Source of the DNA: a phage
Direction: 5' to 3' (one strand)
Sequence record: PX393108.1
Length of the DNA stretch: 64,000 bases
Of this stretch, positions 58,096 through 64,000 are shown piece after piece (the first letter of the stretch is position 1; every line of letters begins with the position of its first letter). The position numbers and the translations under genes were made by a program. Below the pieces are notes generated by a model that did no database searches, was not told the DNA's origin, and worked only from the letters and a program-made list of their open reading frames with translations.

Positions 58096-58297
58096 TTTTC
58101 ACCTTTTTATTAATATGTCTTTTTCTATAGACAACTTTTTCTCGAGTCTCAAATTTATTCTTAGCAGTCATAGCTCGAGCCCATAATACAGCCACTTCTT
58201 TTGCCTGTAAGTTCAATTCACGAGCAATTTCAATGAATGACTTTCCAGACTCATGAAGAGTAAACACCACAACCTCAGTTCTCATAATCAATCTCAT
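58082..58297 (-). CDS. 24.3: 24.3-like small protein (possible HTH)
   Basis: 71 aa; GKSFIEIARELNLQAKEV helix-turn-helix-like. Confidence 0.55.
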   Translation of the reverse strand: MRLIMRTEVVVFTLHESGKSFIEIARELNLQAKEVAVLWARAMTAKNKFETREKVVYRKRHINKKVKNGTV

Positions 58298-58354
58298 GTT
58301 ATCGAGTTGGTGCCATTATATACATCATTTTCTGAGTGTGTTTTGTGTGCTTTC

Positions 58355-58380
58355 AAAATGAAGAAAGGGGCCGAAGCCCC
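58355..58380 (-). terminator. intrinsic terminator after hoc
   Basis: GGGGC-CGAA-GCCCC hairpin then U-rich tail on minus strand. Confidence 0.55.
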
Positions 58381-58386
58381 TTATGA

Positions 58387-59517
58387 TTATGGATAGGTAT
58401 AGATTATACCAGTTTCTAAAGCAGTTTTATGAATGATGTATCCATTACGTGATTCTTGGACATCAACTTCTGGATAGTCTTTCATCATCTTCTGAAGAGT
58501 GTAACGATGCAGGTAGTATTTACTATCTGGATCTTCAGTTTTCCAATCTTTACCTTCTTCGGTCATTTTTTGGATTTCATCCATAACCCACCAACCGCAC
58601 CAGATATAAGCTGAAGTACGATGTGGAAGAGGATGAACATAAGGCAATTCACCTTCTGGTTCTGGAGCAACTTTATCAGTTACCTGAACTTGGCCTTCTG
58701 CTGTGATAGTTTTGCTATCATAATCAGTAGCAGTAACAGTTGCAGTAACTTCAATAGTTTGACTTCCAACAGATGAGGTATCAACGGTGTATACGTTAGT
58801 TGACCCTTCTACAGGAGAAGAATCTTTCTTCCATGAATATTCGATTTGCGCTTCTTCAGGAGCATCAGTGACATTAGCAGTAAATGTAGCCGAAGCATCT
58901 TGCTGAACATTAATAGAAGGAGGAGTCAATGTAACCTGTGGATTCATTGTCTTCTTATTAACAGTCAGTGATACTTCATTAGAAGTAACTTCCTTTGCAT
59001 CATAATCTGTCGCTGTTACTTGGGCTACGCATTTAATTCTTTTTACTCCACTTGTAGTTGGAGTATAGCTAAATGTAGAGTTAGTTTCCCCACTAGCCTG
59101 AGAGTCATCAACATACCATTGATACGTAGCAGATGCGCCTGATGGTTGAGAAGCTAAAGCAGCAGTAAATTCAACAGGAGTTCCAATCACTCCAGCAGCA
59201 GGACTATCAGGAGTTACAGCTAAGGTAGTTGTCTGTGTCTTATTTTGAACTGTGATAGTTGTAGTAGCTTCTGCTGTTTCAGCATCAGTATCTGGAACTG
59301 TGTTTGTTGCAACTACTTTAATAGTCTTTTGACCGGCAGGTCCTTTTAGTACATAACTAAAAGTTGCTTCAGTTCCATCTTGTGGAACATCGTCTACAGT
59401 CCAAGCATATGTAATAGGTCCATCTCCAGTTTGACCACTGGGTGTAGCAGTAAACTGCTGAGTCTGATCTATAACTCCAGTAGGTGTTTTAGGAGTTATA
59501 TCAACTGTAAAAGCCAT
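58387..59517 (-). CDS. hoc: Hoc highly immunogenic outer capsid protein (Ig-like repeats)
   Basis: 376 aa; repeated Thr/Val-rich Ig-like segments. Confidence 0.9.
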   Translation of the reverse strand: MAFTVDITPKTPTGVIDQTQQFTATPSGQTGDGPITYAWTVDDVPQDGTEATFSYVLKGPAGQKTIKVVATNTVPDTDAETAEATTTITVQNKTQTTTLAVTPDSPAAGVIGTPVEFTAALASQPSGASATYQWYVDDSQASGETNSTFSYTPTTSGVKRIKCVAQVTATDYDAKEVTSNEVSLTVNKKTMNPQVTLTPPSINVQQDASATFTANVTDAPEEAQIEYSWKKDSSPVEGSTNVYTVDTSSVGSQTIEVTATVTATDYDSKTITAEGQVQVTDKVAPEPEGELPYVHPLPHRTSAYIWCGWWVMDEIQKMTEEGKDWKTEDPDSKYYLHRYTLQKMMKDYPEVDVQESRNGYIIHKTALETGIIYTYP

Positions 59518-59526
59518 AAGTTATCC

Positions 59527-60207
59527 TTATTTTAATGTTACGAAAGAAGAATTACGTGTTTCACGAATTAGAACTGATCCGTCACGATTAATGTAGTAAA
59601 TTAAGCTAAATAAAGTTTGGTGTGCCGACGCGTGTTCAAAACTAGTTGGGTGAGATTTCCAATCTGGGGTTTCAGCAATCCATTGATAAATCCACCAAGG
59701 AACAGTGCAGAATCCTGGATTTTTTCCAATCAGCTGAAGATTCGGACTAAAGTTTTCCGGAAGAGTAAATACAGACGGCTTTTCAGATTCAATAATCTCA
59801 GCTACAGCCTGTTCGAATTTTTCTTCAACAAAAGGAGTATCTTCAATCAAAACATCGGTATTTTCGGGAATTTTATCCATTTCGACTACTTTAATTTTAA
59901 TGTCAGATTTAACCGGAGAATCAATCAGAAGTGCTGCTTCTGGATTGACTTCTTCATCGTCATATTTTAATCCCTCTGCGGCATCAGCAGCATTGATTAA
60001 GTCTTTAATAGATAACCCATCAGTCTCTGGCATAGGTTCACTAGCGAGCTTCTGGAGGGCTTCTTCAATATCAATAACGATATTATCAAAAGATTTATTC
60101 TTTTTGACCTTTATACCAAACTGTTCAGCATATTCGGCTAATTTAGCCTTAGCTTCTTTATTATCATCAAGAGCCTTCAGCTCTGCAATATAATCTTTAT
60201 CTATCAT
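59527..60207 (-). CDS. inh: Inh prohead protease inhibitor
   Basis: 226 aa in T4 position. Confidence 0.8.
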   Translation of the reverse strand: MIDKDYIAELKALDDNKEAKAKLAEYAEQFGIKVKKNKSFDNIVIDIEEALQKLASEPMPETDGLSIKDLINAADAAEGLKYDDEEVNPEAALLIDSPVKSDIKIKVVEMDKIPENTDVLIEDTPFVEEKFEQAVAEIIESEKPSVFTLPENFSPNLQLIGKNPGFCTVPWWIYQWIAETPDWKSHPTSFEHASAHQTLFSLIYYINRDGSVLIRETRNSSFVTLK

Positions 60208-60257
60208 AATATTTCCTCAGTATAAATATAGATATATTTATTACATGGTATTTAGAC

Positions 60258-61769
60258 ATGACTGACATTAAAGTACATTTTTATGATTTTAGTCACGTGA
60301 GAATTGATTGTGAAGAAAGTACATTTCATGAACTCCGTGATTTCTTTAGCTTCGAAGCTGATGGGTATCGTTTTAATCCGAAATACAAGTATGGTCACTG
60401 GGATGGACGAATCCGTCTATTAGATTATAATCGCCTTCTTCCGTTTGGCTTAGTCGGGCAAATTAAAAAGTTCTGTGATAACTTTGGCTATAAAGCCTGG
60501 ATTGACCCACAGATTAACGAAAAAGAAGAATTATCAAGAAAAGATTTTGATGAATGGCTTTCTAAGTTAGAAATCTATTCAGGAAATAAAAGAATTGAAC
60601 CACACTGGTATCAAAAAGATGCAGTGTTCGAAGGATTAGTTAATCGTCGTAGAATTCTTAATCTTCCAACATCCGCAGGTAAATCTTTAATTCAAGCTTT
60701 GCTTGCTCGATATTATTTGGAAAATTATGAAGGTAAAATTCTTATCATTGTTCCAACAACTGCTCTGACAACTCAGATGGCTGATGACTTTGTTGACTAT
60801 CGTTTATTCAGTCATGCAATGATAAAGAAAATCGGTGGTGGAGCATCAAAAGATGATAAATATAAAAATGATGCACCAGTCGTTGTTGGTACATGGCAAA
60901 CTGTAGTAAAACAACCAAAAGAATGGTTCTCACAGTTTGGAATGATGATGAATGATGAATGCCATCTTGCTACAGGAAAAAGTATTTCATCTATCATATC
61001 AGGTTTAAATAACTGTATGTTTAAATTTGGTTTGTCCGGTTCATTACGCGATGGCAAAGCCAATATCATGCAGTATGTTGGAATGTTCGGTGAAATATTT
61101 AAGCCAGTAACGACTTCTAAATTAATGGAAGATGGGCAAGTAACTGAGTTAAAAATTAATAGTATTTTTCTTCGCTATCCCGATGAGTTCACTACTAAAT
61201 TAAAGGGAAAAACTTACCAAGAAGAAATAAAAATTATTACTGGGCTCAGTAAAAGAAATAAATGGATCGCTAAATTAGCTATTAAGCTTGCGCAAAAAGA
61301 TGAAAACGCTTTTGTCATGTTTAAACACGTATCACACGGTAAAGCTATTTTCGATTTAATTAAAAATGAATACGATAAAGTTTATTACGTATCAGGGGAA
61401 GTTGATACCGAAACACGCAACGTAATGAAAACCCTAGCTGAAAACGGTAAAGGAATAATTATAGTAGCTAGTTATGGTGTATTTTCTACTGGTATTTCAG
61501 TTAAAAATCTGCATCACGTTGTTTTAGCACACGGTGTTAAATCTAAAATTATTGTATTGCAAACAATAGGTCGCGTATTACGTAAGCATGGTTCTAAAAC
61601 AATCGCAACGGTCTGGGACCTCATAGATGATTGCGGTGTTAAGCCAAAATCTGCTAATACGAAAAAGAAATATGTTCATTTGAACTATCTTTTAAAACAC
61701 GGCATTGATCGTATTCAGCGATACGCAGATGAAAAATTTAATTACGTAATGAAAACAGTTAATTTATAA
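60258..61769 (+). CDS. uvsW: UvsW DNA/RNA helicase (SF2)
   Basis: 503 aa; Walker A LPTSAGKS, DECH box. Confidence 0.95.
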   Translation: MTDIKVHFYDFSHVRIDCEESTFHELRDFFSFEADGYRFNPKYKYGHWDGRIRLLDYNRLLPFGLVGQIKKFCDNFGYKAWIDPQINEKEELSRKDFDEWLSKLEIYSGNKRIEPHWYQKDAVFEGLVNRRRILNLPTSAGKSLIQALLARYYLENYEGKILIIVPTTALTTQMADDFVDYRLFSHAMIKKIGGGASKDDKYKNDAPVVVGTWQTVVKQPKEWFSQFGMMMNDECHLATGKSISSIISGLNNCMFKFGLSGSLRDGKANIMQYVGMFGEIFKPVTTSKLMEDGQVTELKINSIFLRYPDEFTTKLKGKTYQEEIKIITGLSKRNKWIAKLAIKLAQKDENAFVMFKHVSHGKAIFDLIKNEYDKVYYVSGEVDTETRNVMKTLAENGKGIIIVASYGVFSTGISVKNLHHVVLAHGVKSKIIVLQTIGRVLRKHGSKTIATVWDLIDDCGVKPKSANTKKKYVHLNYLLKHGIDRIQRYADEKFNYVMKTVNL

Positions 61770-61782
61770 GGGCTTCGGCCCT

Positions 61783-62025
61783 TTGGAGAAAAAGATGTTA
61801 CTAGAATTTAAACAATTTCTTTATGAAGCTTCTATTGATGAATTTATGGGTAAAATTGCCTCTTGTCAAACATTAGAAGGTCTAGAAGAACTTGAAGCTT
61901 ATTACAAGAAAAGAGTTAAAGAAACTGAATTAAAAGATACTGATGACATCTCTGTGAGAGATGCTTTGGCAGGAAAAAGAGCTGAATTAGAAGATTCAGA
62001 CGATGAAGTAGAAGAAAGCTTTTAA
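61783..62025 (+). CDS. uvsW.1: UvsW.1
   Basis: 80 aa ORF directly after uvsW. Confidence 0.75.
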   Translation: MEKKMLLEFKQFLYEASIDEFMGKIASCQTLEGLEELEAYYKKRVKETELKDTDDISVRDALAGKRAELEDSDDEVEESF

Positions 62026-62080
62026 ATTAAAAAAGGCCCAACCAAAAAGGAAGGGCCAAAACTATAGACTAAAGGTCACA

Positions 62081-62248
62081 CTATAGCAAAAGTTGTGTTT
62101 CATTTAATTGTTCTTCCGAACTTTCTGAAACTGGTAGTTCTTTAATGTAATTATAGCAAGGCCCAGGATGTACAGGACCTTTGTCTGTTTCAACAACCAA
62201 TGCAGAATCGATTGGAGTTTTACAGACAACACAAATCTTATCTGACAT
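62081..62248 (-). CDS. small Cys-rich protein (55 aa, CxxC...PGPC zinc-ribbon-like)
   Basis: ATG ORF with strong SD GAGGAGACAATC; MSDKICVVCKTPIDS...; below track cut-off. Confidence 0.45.
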   Translation of the reverse strand: MSDKICVVCKTPIDSALVVETDKGPVHPGPCYNYIKELPVSESSEEQLNETQLLL

Positions 62249-62278
62249 GATTGTCTCCTCTAAATTATATATATCTAT

Positions 62279-62503
62279 TTATATAACTCTCATATGCATA
62301 TCAATGCCCATATCTTTAGAATAAAAATATTCATCAAGATATCCGGCAAATTTTCCTTTAATATAAAGTACATCTTCACCGCATGGATGGTCGGCCAGGA
62401 TACGAATATCCTGACGCTTGAGATTATACTTTTTCATTAAGAATTGAATTTCCGTTTCAAATTCTTCTTCATAATTAAAAGCATCATCAATGCTATATCT
62501 CAT
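62279..62503 (-). CDS. uvsY.-2: uvsY.-2-like protein
   Basis: 74 aa ORF downstream of uvsY. Confidence 0.6.
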   Translation of the reverse strand: MRYSIDDAFNYEEEFETEIQFLMKKYNLKRQDIRILADHPCGEDVLYIKGKFAGYLDEYFYSKDMGIDMHMRVI

Positions 62504-62916
62504 TATTTTCCAGCCTCAAATGCTCGCATGTCTTGAATATGCTTAATAGCAAATCCACGTGATTTAATAGCATCAAGAGCTCCGCTACAGAAATCTAATA
62601 AAATTCCCCAATATTGTAATGAAGTATCAACTTTTAAAACATCCTTATCGGCTGATAGAACTGTCTTCATTTCTGATTTCTCATAACGATCCATACTAAA
62701 TTCATCACCATCTCCTCGTCCCGAGTAGTAGTCTAATTTAGCTTTAAGAGCAACTTTTTTCTGTGCGTCAATTCTAAGCATTTCCTTTTTAATACTTGAA
62801 TGCTTATTGAGCCATTTACTATATAACATCACATTATTAGCTGCTTCATACTGTAATTTAGTCGAATCTATAAACACATCTTTCTTCAATTCTTCTTGAA
62901 GATCTTCTAATTTCAT
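62503..62916 (-). CDS. uvsY: UvsY recombination mediator
   Basis: 137 aa. Confidence 0.9.
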   Translation of the reverse strand: MKLEDLQEELKKDVFIDSTKLQYEAANNVMLYSKWLNKHSSIKKEMLRIDAQKKVALKAKLDYYSGRGDGDEFSMDRYEKSEMKTVLSADKDVLKVDTSLQYWGILLDFCSGALDAIKSRGFAIKHIQDMRAFEAGK

Positions 62917-62982
62917 ATTGTTCTCTATTCAATTGTTATTGGATGGACTTAGATTCATTATACCACGTTTATACGTGAAGCA

Positions 62983-63381
62983 TTATACTCTGTTACTGGA
63001 AGCCAGTTGTAGTTTTATCTGCTCAATATCATCAGGGTTATCGATGACCGAAAAGCGTATTTCTACTATCAGAGTATAATCATCATAAACTGGTATTACA
63101 TTAACTGCTAATTTATCAATACGTGGCTCGTAGTTTCTTACTGCGCTTTCAATGTTACGCTCAACAGTATCAGCAGTAAGAGGAGTCATATTCTCAAAAA
63201 GCTGATCAGATAAATCGCATCCAAATTCTGGGTCAAATGGCCTTGACCCTTTCCTGGTTGTAATAATTCCTAAAAGACTATTTTTAATTGACCTTAATCC
63301 AAGAGATCTGGAAACGTCTTTGTCCCAATCCATTTTCATTTCTGGGTCAATGTCAGAATAAAGCTTATTAATATTTGCCAT
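62983..63381 (-). CDS. 25: gp25 baseplate wedge protein
   Basis: 132 aa. Confidence 0.95.
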   Translation of the reverse strand: MANINKLYSDIDPEMKMDWDKDVSRSLGLRSIKNSLLGIITTRKGSRPFDPEFGCDLSDQLFENMTPLTADTVERNIESAVRNYEPRIDKLAVNVIPVYDDYTLIVEIRFSVIDNPDDIEQIKLQLASSNRV

Positions 63382-64000
63382 TACAATAGCTCAAAGAATT
63401 CTTTGAGTCCTCTTATTACATGAGCGTGAGATTTTCCACACTCTGGACATTTAATTGGAACAGCCAAATAAACAGTAGGCTTTAAAAGCATATCTTTTAT
63501 AGCTACAATATCTGACTCTGTGATGATAGAATATAAATCTTCCAACTCTTTTTCATTCAAGTCTTCAATTGGAATGCTTTCACCGTTAGCATGAATCGTT
63601 TCTATACATGATACTATCATGTGGGCTATGTTTTTATCATCAAAAATTTTAGGGTAATGGAACTTAATTTTAATGTCATCCAGTGTATACCAGAGGTCTT
63701 CTGGTGCATCTATTTGTGTATGTAATAGATTTATATGGGTTGGTATTTCAGTTCCGCAGGTGCACTTCCAGGAGTTTTCGTGATTAACTTCTCCAAGAGA
63801 ATGTGCCCATAAATGAATCAATAGTAGTTCTGATTCTTGGCGGTTTAAATCTTTTGCATTTGTGCATTCTTTAATTAGCTTTTTAACGATCTCTTCTACT
63901 GAACCGTTCTTTTTAGCAGTAATAAGTTCTAGATATTCTTTGAGAGTAAATGCGCGACAGTTGATTATTTTAGAACCAACTCTCACATCAAATTTGTATT
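63381..64000 (-). CDS. 26: gp26 baseplate hub protein, 5' end truncated by window edge
   Basis: Open frame runs to window end; the track start at 63986 is a GTG, the frame continues upstream. Confidence 0.8.
   Translation of the reverse strand, partial: YKFDVRVGSKIINCRAFTLKEYLELITAKKNGSVEEIVKKLIKECTNAKDLNRQESELLLIHLWAHSLGEVNHENSWKCTCGTEIPTHINLLHTQIDAPEDLWYTLDDIKIKFHYPKIFDDKNIAHMIVSCIETIHANGESIPIEDLNEKELEDLYSIITESDIVAIKDMLLKPTVYLAVPIKCPECGKSHAHVIRGLKEFFELL

Overview
This 64 kb window is a contiguous segment of a T4-type (T-even) myovirus genome, closely related to but not identical to coliphage T4. Identification rests on reading the translations: the lysozyme differs from the T4 lysozyme sequence I recall at only a few residues, and DenV, RegB, rI, Tk, gp57A and the whole late module are recognisable by sequence, size and order. 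No database search was run. Positions 1-27 kb are minus-strand early/middle genes in the hyperplastic region: an NTase-terminal operon, a P-loop ATPase module, rI, tk, a macro-domain gene, a periplasmic SLT, regB, a GrcA homologue, denV, e, nudE, a tandem membrane-protein array, five capsid-targeted internal-protein-like genes, an 11-tRNA cluster, 57B/57A and genes 1, 3, 2, 4. Positions 27-57 kb are the plus-strand late structural module in canonical T4 order (53, 5, 5.4, 6-12, wac, 13-20, 67, 68, 21-24). Positions 57-64 kb carry rnlB, hoc, inh, uvsW, uvsY, 25 and partial 26. Repeated T4-type early-promoter cassettes, TATAAATA late promoters and GC-hairpin terminators punctuate the window. The main candidates for undescribed biology are the TARG1/DarG-like macro domain, the NTase operon, the expanded set of capsid-targeted proteins (one interrupted at an A8 tract) and the tandem membrane-protein array. 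No CRISPR array, integrase, transposase or homing endonuclease was seen.
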